The notes: generated from the sequence alone by a model not told the origin. A stretch of DNA of 55,324 nucleotides from a virus (IMGVR_UViG_3300030419_002654:1-55324); one strand, 5' to 3'. Shown: positions 25,191 through 34,928, counted from the stretch's first letter. Numbers and translations: made by a program.

Positions 25191-25839
25191 GTTCTAAAAA
25201 TTGTAATAAGTATTGATTTCTTTCTTTAGTGTTTTTGGTAAACACTTGAGGTTCATCTTCTCCATCCACACCAATCATAATTACTAGCTGAGGTATTTGA
25301 ATGTTAGTTCTTTCCTCAAACATAAAACTATAAGCTGCGGCTTGGACAAAATAGTTTTGGATCCATGCTTCAGGTTTCTTTTTCTTTGATGTCTTAAAAT
25401 CTATTACAGATAATTTTCCATCATATTCTGCTATACAGTCAACTTGACCAGCACTACGCAAAAAGTCTGAATATAAAAAACCTTCTACACATCTAATATT
25501 ATCTACCTTAGCAGCAAGATGGTTTGACATTGCATCAAACATCTCTTTATTGCTTGGCATTAATTTAACATCATCCATTGTACCAAGAATATAATGTTCA
25601 CATAACTTATGAATAGAAGTACCTCTTGCTGAGGCTACTTTTGTGACTCTATTTGCTTCCGCTTCTCCGACTCTAGCTCTCCATTCCTGGATTGCTTTCT
25701 TCGTCATCTGACCGGTTATAGTCGTCACAGAAGGATAGAAAGATCCATCTGGTGTCTCATATAGTCTCTTACCGTCAACGTTCCTTCTAGGAAGTTTCTG
25801 AAGGTCTGAGAGCATAAGATTGAACTGTTTGTCGATCAT
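25159..25839 (-). CDS. PD-(D/E)XK exonuclease (Cas4-like, T4-like phage core)
   Basis: YPSVTT, RGTSIH, GQVDCIAEYDG, IDFKTS, YFVQ..AY. Confidence 0.88.
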   Translation of the reverse strand: MIDKQFNLMLSDLQKLPRRNVDGKRLYETPDGSFYPSVTTITGQMTKKAIQEWRARVGEAEANRVTKVASARGTSIHKLCEHYILGTMDDVKLMPSNKEMFDAMSNHLAAKVDNIRCVEGFLYSDFLRSAGQVDCIAEYDGKLSVIDFKTSKKKKPEAWIQNYFVQAAAYSFMFEERTNIQIPQLVIMIGVDGEDEPQVFTKNTKERNQYLLQFLELRKQYDEVSD

Positions 25840-26159
25840 TTTTGGTGATGCTTCCTATAAGTTGCGGATCTTTTCCATTTATCTACAGCTTTATTAACTG
25901 CGCCACCTTTAGCTGTAGTTGATTTATTGACTTCACGTCCGAAAGGTGTCTGTGGATTCTGTTCTCCAATCTTAGATAATACTTCTTGGAAACCTTCATC
26001 CGGTTTACGCAGACCATCAACACCACCTACGATCATTGGTGCACTGATTACTTGCTTGAGGTTAGGATTAGCTTTTAAAAAGTCTTCCTTCTCAGCAATT
26101 TTTAGGTTAAGCTCGAACACTTCACCTGTTTCAGTGTCTTCAAAGTCGTAGTATGGCAT
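25836..26159 (-). CDS. FmdB-like small protein of T4-like phages (Cys-less)
   Basis: MPYYDF.D..TGE.FE; GF.EVLSKI. Confidence 0.65.
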   Translation of the reverse strand: MPYYDFEDTETGEVFELNLKIAEKEDFLKANPNLKQVISAPMIVGGVDGLRKPDEGFQEVLSKIGEQNPQTPFGREVNKSTTAKGGAVNKAVDKWKRSATYRKHHQK

Positions 26160-26611
26160 TACTTGGTATCTTGGTTTGCTGGATCATCCAAAAAGAAGTC
26201 AGCATGGAATGCTTTCTTCACTGTTGATTTGCTACAACCTAAAATCTTTCTGTCTTTAGCTTGTATTACTAAAGCTGCATCATCAGGATCCAATTGTTCT
26301 AACAACTGAACAAAAGATTGCTCTCTTTTAGCCTGAGGCATATTAGCTTTTCCTTCTAAGAATATATACATCCTTCTCATCTCTTGTAAAAGCATTTGTT
26401 GATTATCAAATGATTTATCTAAAGGTTCGTAAGGAGGTTTTCCTTCTGGAAGTGCCCACTTCAATCTATTGTCGTATGCCAACTCAAAGATACCTCTAAG
26501 TTCTCTACTATCATTAGCTTGAAGAATTTTAATTTTCTCGTTTACAGACTTAGCTTCTTTTACTTCTTTAATAATTTCGCCTAAGCCTTTAACAATTTCA
26601 TTTACTGCCAT
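26159..26611 (-). CDS. conserved hypothetical T4-like protein
   Basis: LPEG.PPY, KRE..F.QLLE.L...DA pattern; typical neighbour of rnh. Confidence 0.7.
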   Translation of the reverse strand: MAVNEIVKGLGEIIKEVKEAKSVNEKIKILQANDSRELRGIFELAYDNRLKWALPEGKPPYEPLDKSFDNQQMLLQEMRRMYIFLEGKANMPQAKREQSFVQLLEQLDPDDAALVIQAKDRKILGCSKSTVKKAFHADFFLDDPANQDTK

Positions 26612-26612
26612 T

Positions 26613-27482
26613 TTAAAACTCACTTATGTTTTCGATAAGATTATTTAATCTACTTTTAACAAAATAGTTAAACAATCCATCTCGGCCACCTGGATCTACT
26701 TCGAACTGTTGTAATATTTGTTCTTGTAGTTCATTAGGTGTGTTAATTAAATCAACTAGCACTTGATTTCTCTTGTAGCCAGTTGCCCATTCATATGAGC
26801 CATTTAGTTCTTTATTATTTTGAACTGCGCTCATAATTTCTTCTAATCTATTTGCTCGCATTGGCTTTTGACGTCCGCCACTTACAAATGTATCATCAGC
26901 TGACAAAGCATTTGGAATTCCATCACCTCTATCTCCTTTAGCAATATGCTCTAAAAGATATTGTGCTGGATCTTTATGCTTTACCATTTTCTTTCTAACT
27001 GGATCATACTGATATACATTTGAATATACTTGCAACTGTATAAAGTCTTTATCTCCACTTAGAATTAAAATCTTTTCTTTGCCGTCACCCATGACGACAC
27101 CTTCAGTATGACAGATTGTTCCTATTATATCATCTGCCTCTGCTCTGTTAACTCTTATATGTTTATATGGAAAGAATTCCTTTAGTTCATCTCTAATAAC
27201 ATTTAAACAATTAAAAATGTTTGGCCAATCTAAGTCAGATTGATCTCTATTTGTTTTTCTATGTGCTTTGTAATATGGAAAATGATCTTTTCTCCAATTG
27301 TTAGTATCATCACAACAGATAACTAACTCTCCATATTCTTCTTTGAATTTGTTTCGGTAGGAACGAATACCATTAAGAACCATATGTCTTAATAAGTCCT
27401 CATCTACCTCGTTGGATCTACTTGAGTGTAGTTGAGCCATCAGGTTAGAAATCATAACCTGGTTTAAATCAACTAATATCAT
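26613..27482 (-). CDS. rnh: T4 RNase H (5'-3' exonuclease)
   Basis: MILVDLNQ, WRK..FPYYKA.RK, EADDIIG, ILSGDKDFIQL, GDRGDGIPN. Confidence 0.93.
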   Translation of the reverse strand: MILVDLNQVMISNLMAQLHSSRSNEVDEDLLRHMVLNGIRSYRNKFKEEYGELVICCDDTNNWRKDHFPYYKAHRKTNRDQSDLDWPNIFNCLNVIRDELKEFFPYKHIRVNRAEADDIIGTICHTEGVVMGDGKEKILILSGDKDFIQLQVYSNVYQYDPVRKKMVKHKDPAQYLLEHIAKGDRGDGIPNALSADDTFVSGGRQKPMRANRLEEIMSAVQNNKELNGSYEWATGYKRNQVLVDLINTPNELQEQILQQFEVDPGGRDGLFNYFVKSRLNNLIENISEF

Positions 27483-27508
27483 AATATCTTCTCATATCTA
27501 AACTTACC

Positions 27509-27537
27509 ATTATACACTCTTCAGTATATAAGGTCAA
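27509..27537 (-). promoter_or_regulatory. promoter TTGACC-N17-TATAAT (minus strand)
   Basis: upstream of rnh. Confidence 0.75.
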
Positions 27538-27540
27538 CTG

Positions 27541-27879
27541 TTAATCTTTATATAAATTCTGCCAAGTTGAAGTAAACACTTCACTCTCATCTTTATTAAC
27601 AACTTCTTTTACGATCGCTTGTAGTGGGTGATCGTGACCACATGCTTTGAGTAATGCCGACTTTAATGATTCACATACCATTAATAAATCTTGATCTAAA
27701 CCTTTTTCTCTCAACTTGATACCTCTTGATTCGATCTCTTCGAACAAATGGTATGTGAGCTCAATGGATGTACTAAGAGAAAGCTCAGCTTGATACCTTT
27801 TTATATTGGCAAGCCTTTCCTCCTCACTTATCGGAACACTCTCGCGCTTCATCTTCGGGAATTGAATAACTTTACCCAT
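27541..27879 (-). CDS. hypothetical protein (MGKVIQFP...)
   Basis: start re-assigned; TATAAATA lies 5 nt upstream. Confidence 0.7.
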   Translation of the reverse strand: MGKVIQFPKMKRESVPISEEERLANIKRYQAELSLSTSIELTYHLFEEIESRGIKLREKGLDQDLLMVCESLKSALLKACGHDHPLQAIVKEVVNKDESEVFTSTWQNLYKD

Positions 27880-27884
27880 GCAGT

Positions 27885-27892
27885 TATTTATA
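27885..27892 (-). promoter_or_regulatory. T4-type late promoter TATAAATA
   Basis: TATTTATA on the + strand. Confidence 0.65.
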
Positions 27893-28510
27893 TCAGTTTT
27901 GTTTGGCTTCACGTGCCTTTCTCATTCTTTCAACAAACGCTTTCTTTTGAGCTTCAGTCATAGGTTTTCTTTTTCTAGTGGTTTTCTTTTTCTTTTTCTT
28001 ACCACCCTCAACTAAGATTGCTCCATCTTCTCTATATGTTAAAGGTTTCAAGCCCCACGAGACTCGTTCCTCATTATCTAACTCTGGTGTCCATACGTCT
28101 CTTACGTCTGGATACCAAACACCTAGCTCACGTTTAGGTCTACCATCTGGATAGTAGGCCATTGCTATACATTGTGTTTTCACTTTACGCTCCATTCTTG
28201 GTCCAGCAAATTTACTTTGCCAGTCCCCTGTTCTCAAATAGCTTTCCATTTGACCGATATAACTTTCCCAAGTTGTCTTTTTAGCAAGTGCTCCTTTAAC
28301 ACCTTGCACATGATTTCTATGCTCTGCTTGCTTTAATGCTTTAGCTTCTTTAATCCATTCACGAACATTCTTTAAACTAAATTCGTCGTCGTCTGGTTTT
28401 GCTACCACGCTTGCATCATAGTGTTTATATTTCGGTGGATTCTTTTTGAATCTTTCTTCTCTTGCTTTCGCTAGCCTATCAATTCTTTCTTGTTTATCAT
28501 TATTTGTCAT
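27893..28510 (-). CDS. basic hypothetical protein
   Basis: ERL.KARE motif at both termini; YLRTGDW. Confidence 0.7.
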   Translation of the reverse strand: MTNNDKQERIDRLAKAREERFKKNPPKYKHYDASVVAKPDDDEFSLKNVREWIKEAKALKQAEHRNHVQGVKGALAKKTTWESYIGQMESYLRTGDWQSKFAGPRMERKVKTQCIAMAYYPDGRPKRELGVWYPDVRDVWTPELDNEERVSWGLKPLTYREDGAILVEGGKKKKKKTTRKRKPMTEAQKKAFVERMRKAREAKQN

Positions 28511-29300
28511 AGAGTTTCTCCAGTATATGAAATTGTCGCATTGTACCTTTATGATATTGAGCGTCTCCGATTTCTTCGTGATGCCTTAGAGTATTGTGGC
28601 CAGGGAAATAACATTGAGTGATAGGTGCATTTTGTAATCCAACTTTACCTTTAAGAACTCGAGTTAAGTCATTACCCATTCCTAATTTCAAATCATTATG
28701 AAGAGTGGGCCAAAGAACTCTTTGTCTTTTCTTTAAACCTAACTCAGAAAGTATTTGATGTTCTACTTTAGAGTCATAACGTCTAATATGTGCATCCCAT
28801 TCTTCTAATGCAGTCCACAATTCTGCCATAGGTCCAGCATCTATTCTATCACCGACTGTTAACCACTTCTTCATACAATACTGTGCGAACCTTACAGACA
28901 TGGAACAACATTCCATAGCCATACCAGGTATCCAAATATCTTTCTCATCCATATCATCAACTAGTTGAGTCATCTTCTTTGGATTAAGCACATAAGCATC
29001 ATGCTCTAAAATGATAACACGTTCACCAGTTTCAGCTATATGCTTCCACCAATGAAACATAGATGTTAGACATGCTTTCTCTGTTGGAGTGATCTCGTGA
29101 CGAACCTTTTTATACTTTCCCGCACTACTATACCTACCCCAATTAATTTTAAAAGGGGCATCATTAATAGTGTCGGGAGTGTAGCATTGGAATCGCTCCA
29201 CTTCAACATTCCTTACATCCTCCCAAGTCTTCAATGCTATTTTAGAATAAGCAACTGAGATTGGGTTTCTGTAATCACAAATCATTACAGCTCGAATCAT
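28500..29300 (-). CDS. glycosyltransferase family 25-like protein
   Basis: EKAC..S...WW......VIILEHDA resembles the GT25 GC..SH..LW...ILEDD motif. Confidence 0.65.
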   Translation of the reverse strand: MIRAVMICDYRNPISVAYSKIALKTWEDVRNVEVERFQCYTPDTINDAPFKINWGRYSSAGKYKKVRHEITPTEKACLTSMFHWWKHIAETGERVIILEHDAYVLNPKKMTQLVDDMDEKDIWIPGMAMECCSMSVRFAQYCMKKWLTVGDRIDAGPMAELWTALEEWDAHIRRYDSKVEHQILSELGLKKRQRVLWPTLHNDLKLGMGNDLTRVLKGKVGLQNAPITQCYFPGHNTLRHHEEIGDAQYHKGTMRQFHILEKLYDK

Positions 29301-29311
29301 ATTTAAACTCC

Positions 29312-29340
29312 ATTATACTACATTTGCGATTTGAAATCAA
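29312..29340 (-). promoter_or_regulatory. promoter TTGATT-N17-TATAAT (minus strand)
   Basis: upstream of the GT25-like gene. Confidence 0.7.
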
Positions 29341-29394
29341 CCATGCGTATTTCTAGGAATATATATAATAATAGAAAAATAATGCAATTAACTG

Positions 29395-29423
29395 TTGACT
29401 TTTAAGATGGAATCAACTATACT
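29395..29423 (+). promoter_or_regulatory. promoter TTGACT-N17-TATACT
   Basis: divergent partner of the previous promoter, upstream of flavodoxin. Confidence 0.65.
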
Positions 29424-29454
29424 CCTTCTTTGTAAGTAGGGCAGGTAATAATCA

Positions 29455-29973
29455 ATGAGTAAACTTAAAATAATAACAGGAAGCGATACTGGCAACACAG
29501 AACAAATTGCCAAGGATCTCTACGACATGATCAGCCCAGTGCACAATGTTGATGTCGATATTGTCAAGGTGCACGAAATAACTCCAGAGGATTGGACTAC
29601 ACATGATTTCTATATCCTGGGCTGTCCAACATGGTTTGATGGAGAATGCTCTCAAGACTGGAACTGGTACTTAAAAGATTTCGGAGGCGTTGACTTTGAA
29701 GGAAAGAAAGTTGCCATATATGGTCTTGGCGATCAAGTAGGTTATCCAGACTACTATTGTGATGCTATTGGTATATTAGCTAAGATAGTTTTACATAATG
29801 GTGGAGAAATAGTTGGATATACTTCTACTGCAGGACATGACTTCAATTATTCGCAAGGAATAGATGAAGGAACTGATATGTTTTACGGTTTACCTCTTGA
29901 TGAAGACAATCAACCACATCTAACTCACGAAAGATTAGAACAGTGGGTCCAAAATATTTCAATTTATTTCTAA
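29455..29973 (+). CDS. fldA: long-chain flavodoxin
   Basis: GSDTGNTE, LGCPTW..GE, YGLGDQ.GY, GLPLDEDNQ. Confidence 0.93.
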   Translation: MSKLKIITGSDTGNTEQIAKDLYDMISPVHNVDVDIVKVHEITPEDWTTHDFYILGCPTWFDGECSQDWNWYLKDFGGVDFEGKKVAIYGLGDQVGYPDYYCDAIGILAKIVLHNGGEIVGYTSTAGHDFNYSQGIDEGTDMFYGLPLDEDNQPHLTHERLEQWVQNISIYF

Positions 29974-29980
29974 ATAACTG

Positions 29981-30009
29981 TTGACTTCAAATCGAACATT
30001 TAGTATAAT
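29981..30009 (+). promoter_or_regulatory. promoter TTGACT-N17-TATAAT
   Basis: consensus. Confidence 0.8.
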
Positions 30010-30048
30010 GTACGCATATGTTAATCAATAATCAGAAGGAGATATAAG

Positions 30049-31023
30049 ATGGCACATATGGTAGAAACAATGGCTTACGCAGGGGAACTTCCTTGGCACG
30101 GGCTAGGTGTAAAAGTAGATGATGGAATCGGTGTAGATGACATGATCAAAGAAGCTGGATTAGATTGGAATGTTGAAAAAATTCCTGCTTATTCAGAATT
30201 TAATGGTACTCAGATTTATTCTGGGCACGATATGTTAGTGAGAAGTTCTGATGGACAACCACTAGACATGGTGAAAGAGAACTGGGTTCCAGTTCAAAAC
30301 GCAGAAGCGTTTGAATTTTTCAGAGAGTTTTGTGATGCTGGCGATATGGAAATGCATACTGCTGGTTCTTTACAGAACGGTAAGAGAGTATGGGCTCTTG
30401 CAAAAGTGAAAGATGATTTCACCATTAACGGAACAGATAAGGTTGATTCTTATTTGTTATTAACTAACCCTCATATGTATGGTAGAGCAGTGGATATCAG
30501 ATTCACACCAATTAGAGTTGTATGTAATAATACTTTAACTCTTTCATTGGCTCAAAAAGGAGACTATCAAGTTTCTTTAAACCATAAAAAAGCATTCGAC
30601 GTTCAAGAAGCTAAAGAGCTACTTGGAGTTGCTAAAGGCAAAATGGAGACATATAAAGATATGGCTACATTCTTATCTTCAAAAAGATATACGCCTGAAA
30701 CATTGAGAACTTATTACTCAACTGTTTTTGCTAACCAAAATCCTAAAGTTAAAGGATTACCTTTCAACCCTGCTGACACAGTAGACTTTGAAAAGTATGG
30801 TTCTAAGAATGCTAAACTTGCAATGGAAGTGACTAACACTCAACCAGGTGCACATTTAGGTGAAGGTAGTTTCTGGCAAGCATTTAATGCTGTCACATAC
30901 TTAACTGACCATCAGTTAGGTAGAGAAGCTGACTCAAGACTTAACAGTGCTTGGTACGGTGTTAATAAAGTTAAGAAAGCTAAGGCTCTCGAAACTGCAC
31001 TTGAGTTTGCACAGGCTGCTTAA
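30049..31023 (+). CDS. DUF932/DUF945-family phage protein
   Basis: PWHGLG, VQN.EAF.FF, TAGSL..GK.VW, TPIRVVCNNTL, W.AFNAVT. Confidence 0.85.
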   Translation: MAHMVETMAYAGELPWHGLGVKVDDGIGVDDMIKEAGLDWNVEKIPAYSEFNGTQIYSGHDMLVRSSDGQPLDMVKENWVPVQNAEAFEFFREFCDAGDMEMHTAGSLQNGKRVWALAKVKDDFTINGTDKVDSYLLLTNPHMYGRAVDIRFTPIRVVCNNTLTLSLAQKGDYQVSLNHKKAFDVQEAKELLGVAKGKMETYKDMATFLSSKRYTPETLRTYYSTVFANQNPKVKGLPFNPADTVDFEKYGSKNAKLAMEVTNTQPGAHLGEGSFWQAFNAVTYLTDHQLGREADSRLNSAWYGVNKVKKAKALETALEFAQAA

Positions 31024-31040
31024 TTAGAGTGGACCTAAAT

Positions 31041-31066
31041 AAAAGGGCGCACAAGCGCCCTTTTTA
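31041..31066 (+). terminator. rho-independent (probably bidirectional) terminator
   Basis: AAAAGGGCGC-acaa-GCGCCCTTTTT. Confidence 0.85.
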
Positions 31067-31071
31067 TTATT

Positions 31072-31614
31072 ATGTATTATAAGCTAGAGAATATAATTAC
31101 CCAAGAAGACAGACATCAACTAATAGATGTTTATAGGTCTTTAAAACCTGAGTTGGCTCATCAAGATTATAATTTATTTGATGTTGATAAACGACATCCG
31201 TCCAAAGAACACATACAACGAGATTGCTTTAAAAAGATAGACCAATATGCAAGCAATTACAAACAATCATTTAGACATTATTTTTTAAACTATACAGAAG
31301 AAGGTTTTACAAAGTTTCATACAGATGATGATGGTAATGTTGGGCTAACAATAGTGACACTTATAGACAGGTCAAGGGATCTTGTAGGCGGTGAAGCATT
31401 AGCAATGCTACCTTATACAAAGAGAGAAAGACCATCAACACATTATAGAAAAGGAGACGCTCATCCACCAGGCGATAGAATAATTCCTAAAGTTATTAAT
31501 ATGGAAGTTGGTCAGTCATTAGTATATGACAAATCATTAATGCATGGTGTAGGACAAGTTGAAAAAGGCAGTCGTTTAGTACTGATAAGTTGGTATGGCA
31601 ATCCAGTTCAATAA
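31072..31614 (+). CDS. 2OG-Fe(II) oxygenase
   Basis: FHTD, GGE, HGV..V..GSR.VL..W. Confidence 0.8.
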   Translation: MYYKLENIITQEDRHQLIDVYRSLKPELAHQDYNLFDVDKRHPSKEHIQRDCFKKIDQYASNYKQSFRHYFLNYTEEGFTKFHTDDDGNVGLTIVTLIDRSRDLVGGEALAMLPYTKRERPSTHYRKGDAHPPGDRIIPKVINMEVGQSLVYDKSLMHGVGQVEKGSRLVLISWYGNPVQ

Positions 31615-32116
31615 ATTACAAGGAACAAACGTATACGATAGTTTGTTAGAAGGCTATGATGCGGGATTTAAAGTTTATAGAAACCTGGTAGATATTGATA
31701 TCACAGCAATGGATGTAGCTGAACAATATTTCCGCGCTAAAAAACAAGATGTACTAATTAAAGAAGACAAAGCTAATTATAATAATAGATGGTTCCAACC
31801 AAATTTTAAAAATGGAACTAAGCGAATACAAAGAATACATGACTATATTCAAAAGCAATATAAAACTGAACAATGTGATATCTATGCTAATTGGATAAGG
31901 GACGGACATAATTATGGTCGCCATAATGATACAATGGACGTACTAATATTACAAATATGGAACGAAGTGGCTTACTGTATAGAAAGTCCTTTTGGAGAGA
32001 AAGAACATACCTCATTTACATTATCGCCAGGTGATGCATTATATATAAGAAGTGAGGTATACCATACACCTATCATCCTAGGAGAAAGGATGACAATGTC
32101 TTTCAGTTGGGGTTGA
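31595..32116 (+). CDS. JmjC/cupin-fold oxygenase
   Basis: H.D..DV..LQ, LSPGDALYI....YH. Confidence 0.75.
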   Translation: MAIQFNKLQGTNVYDSLLEGYDAGFKVYRNLVDIDITAMDVAEQYFRAKKQDVLIKEDKANYNNRWFQPNFKNGTKRIQRIHDYIQKQYKTEQCDIYANWIRDGHNYGRHNDTMDVLILQIWNEVAYCIESPFGEKEHTSFTLSPGDALYIRSEVYHTPIILGERMTMSFSWG

Positions 32117-32141
32117 CTTTTGTGAACAACCACTGTATAAT
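32113..32141 (+). promoter_or_regulatory. promoter TTGACT-N17-TATAAT
   Basis: consensus. Confidence 0.75.
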
Positions 32142-32275
32142 AGACATATGAATCGGTGCACTCAGTCTGGTAGAGTTGCACCCAGCGGAAAGACAGACGG
32201 AGCGGGGGTTTGTCGGTTAATTGAGCGAGGGTCATAACGAGGGGCTACATTAACACCTAATAATGAGAGAAGTGA

Positions 32276-33178
32276 ATGCCAAATAATCCACATACAGAAC
32301 TAAGAGTAGATGATCCGTTAGGGGATTCAAAGGACATTAGTGTGCGTGACACCATTAATCCTATAGTTATAAACTGGAAAGGAAAAATAGGATACGGCGA
32401 TATCATTTCTCCAATATCTTATGCATATAACATAGCAGAGAAGAATAGTACTAATGTTGTACTAAGATTTCACTGGAAAGATTCAGAACCAGTAAAGTAT
32501 AAAGAGAAAGACACAGAAACTATCCAACAATGGATAGACATTACAAACAACAATATAATAAAGCCAGCGTTCTGGGACGTAAAGATAGAGCATGTATATG
32601 ATAGTGACTTACCATATGCACATGATAACTATGATGCTAAAGATATGAAACTTCACAACATGAGGTTTTCAATTTATGGTATGAATGATGGCAAGAATGC
32701 TTATAAGACATATAATAAAATAACATTTGTCACAAGTATTAAACATAAACAATCATTACAAGAGTACGGGAAAGCATGGAAGGATCCGTTGGCAGCAACT
32801 CCTTCTGGTATGGCTTGGCCTCGTGTTGCAGATTTAATTAAGAAACGTGGTTGGGATCCAAGATTCGTTCACTATGAAACACCAATGAAGAAATGTATAG
32901 ATACTATGCTAGCTTCAAGATGTGTTATAGGATATCATGGAGCTCATATGTGGATAGCAAGGTGGCTGGGAATGCCAATGATAATATTTTCAAAAGGAAC
33001 GCTAACAGAGAAGGCTTTTCCTTGGGCAATGAAATTTGATTATTGGTCAGACTTCCATCCAGAACTAATTGAAGAGTATATTGAAAAGAGTATACAAAAA
33101 AGAGAGGAAATGATAGATGAGTACAAATACTGGCTCACAGAACCAAATTTTCATAGGCTACGACAGCAGAGAAGTTAG
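32276..33178 (+). CDS. glycosyltransferase-like protein (GT-B-like)
   Basis: G.GD near the N-terminus; VIGYHGA.MWIA..LG.P.IIF; adjacent to other GTs. Confidence 0.55.
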   Translation: MPNNPHTELRVDDPLGDSKDISVRDTINPIVINWKGKIGYGDIISPISYAYNIAEKNSTNVVLRFHWKDSEPVKYKEKDTETIQQWIDITNNNIIKPAFWDVKIEHVYDSDLPYAHDNYDAKDMKLHNMRFSIYGMNDGKNAYKTYNKITFVTSIKHKQSLQEYGKAWKDPLAATPSGMAWPRVADLIKKRGWDPRFVHYETPMKKCIDTMLASRCVIGYHGAHMWIARWLGMPMIIFSKGTLTEKAFPWAMKFDYWSDFHPELIEEYIEKSIQKREEMIDEYKYWLTEPNFHRLRQQRS

Positions 33179-33884
33179 AGCGTATGATGTTTGCGTACAT
33201 AGTTTAAGATATTCTACACTTAAAGTAAATAAACTTTTTAGTGAAGATATAGAAGAATATAATAGAGATTGGGGAGAGCCTCAGTCTACTGATTTTACAT
33301 TTACTAGATTTTGGGTTCCATATCTTTCAGATTATAAAGGGTGGTCATTCTTTGTTGATTGTGATTTTTTATTCTTAGCAGATCCTGCTATGCTAATACC
33401 AACATTTGATAAAGACAAAGCTGCTTACGTTTGCAAGCATCCAGGATACATTCCTAACAGTCAAATAAAGATGGACGGAATTCCACAACATAGAGCATAT
33501 AGAAAAAATTGGGCTAGCTTTATGGCTTTTAATAATGAACATGAGAGTAATAAAGTACTCACTCCAGAATATTTAAACAACCATAGACCTGGTTTAGACT
33601 TCCATCAACTTAGATGGTTAAAGGACGAAGAGATTGGATCAATACCATTAGAGTGGAATTGCTTAGATGAGTATTATCATTTAGAACATCCTAAAGCTAT
33701 TCATTATACTGATGGTGGTCCGTGGTTCGAGGACTATCAAGATACGTTCTATGGAGACTTGTGGAAAGAAGCAGAACACAATTTAATTATGCAAAGAGAA
33801 TGGGAAGAAGAAAAAGGCGATAAAGATTTTAAAGAAACACAATCCAAATTAACAGATCTAAATTGGGATGGCAATGAGAGCTAA
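33117..33884 (+). CDS. GT-A glycosyltransferase (GT8-like)
   Basis: IFIGYDSRE, STDFTFTRF, FVDCDFL, RKNWAS, LEWN, IHYTDGGPW. Confidence 0.85.
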   Translation: MSTNTGSQNQIFIGYDSREVRAYDVCVHSLRYSTLKVNKLFSEDIEEYNRDWGEPQSTDFTFTRFWVPYLSDYKGWSFFVDCDFLFLADPAMLIPTFDKDKAAYVCKHPGYIPNSQIKMDGIPQHRAYRKNWASFMAFNNEHESNKVLTPEYLNNHRPGLDFHQLRWLKDEEIGSIPLEWNCLDEYYHLEHPKAIHYTDGGPWFEDYQDTFYGDLWKEAEHNLIMQREWEEEKGDKDFKETQSKLTDLNWDGNES

Positions 33885-34671
33885 ATTTTTAAATGATGTC
33901 ACAGTTGTAATGACCTGGTATGGTCAGGAGAATCATTTGTTTAATCAAATGCAATTCTATAACAGAATGACTCAAACATATCCAAAGCTCACACCAAGAC
34001 TAATTGTTATTAATGACGGACATGAGAAAGGAAGAGAATACTTCCATGAAGTAATTAAAGTACATAGAGAAAGATTTGATCTTACAGGTATAGATGTATT
34101 AAAGGATGTAGGATTTAATTCACACGCATGTAGAAACTTAGGTGTTAAGCAATGCAAGACAGATTGGATGTTATTAATGGACGTTGATTGTTTTGAATCA
34201 CCTGGCATGTATAAACATTTAAGGTTCTTTAAGAACTTAGATCGTAATATGTACTATGTTCCTAAAGCAGATATGGAGATGCCAGAACACATGGGAGCAT
34301 ATGAATTATTATGTCCAAAAGGAATAGTAAAATATAAGACACATCCTAATACTTGGATAATGACTAAAGAAGCATTTTGGTCAACAGGTGGATACGATAT
34401 AGAATTTCAAGGAGTCAGGCATGGAGATGCTGAATTTTTCACAGGGATAGGTAGGCCAGGAGTAAAGGAATGGGACTATGATTTATTATCAGATGATGAC
34501 GATAAGAGAATGGTCGTTAAGGTTCCAAGAAGAGATCCATTCTACATTAGACAAGAAAGAGGAAAGCAAAAGCAAGCTAAAGAAATAATAGACTTCGTGA
34601 GAGTAAAAAATAATGATCCATATAGAAAATACAGGAAGAAGTTATGGAACACAGAATGGGAGTTTGTGTGA
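33874..34671 (+). CDS. GT2-like glycosyltransferase
   Basis: VINDG, CRNLG, LLMDVD, GGYD.EF....GD.EF. Confidence 0.8.
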   Translation: MRAKFLNDVTVVMTWYGQENHLFNQMQFYNRMTQTYPKLTPRLIVINDGHEKGREYFHEVIKVHRERFDLTGIDVLKDVGFNSHACRNLGVKQCKTDWMLLMDVDCFESPGMYKHLRFFKNLDRNMYYVPKADMEMPEHMGAYELLCPKGIVKYKTHPNTWIMTKEAFWSTGGYDIEFQGVRHGDAEFFTGIGRPGVKEWDYDLLSDDDDKRMVVKVPRRDPFYIRQERGKQKQAKEIIDFVRVKNNDPYRKYRKKLWNTEWEFV

Positions 34672-34928
34672 GCAAGAAACAAGTAGAACTAAAAGTTTTA
34701 AGCTCAGCTCAATTTGCGAAAGCTATTCAAGAATTAGTTGATGAGTCAGGTGGACAAATTACACACTTAGAAGCAGTTCAAGAGTTTTTAGAAACAAATG
34801 AAGAGGTAGAACCCGAAACACTAGCATCACTTATACAAAGAAATCAAAAGTTAAAAGCGATCTTATATGAAGACGCAGAAGAATTAAATTTAGTTGTTAA
34901 AGAAAGTAGACTGCCAGTAGATGAATAG
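34668..34928 (+). CDS. gp33: late-transcription co-activator gp33
   Basis: F...I..LV, LEA....E...EPE, LK......AE.LN; synteny with gp59 and gp32. Confidence 0.75.
   Translation: MSKKQVELKVLSSAQFAKAIQELVDESGGQITHLEAVQEFLETNEEVEPETLASLIQRNQKLKAILYEDAEELNLVVKESRLPVDE

Noticed and set aside
25159-25839. CRISPR-associated Cas4
   Set aside because: No cas operon or array; this exonuclease is a usual T4-like gene near rnh.
32155-32230. Canonical tRNA gene
   Set aside because: Only a D-arm-like piece is present, with no GTTC T-loop, acceptor stem or CCA.
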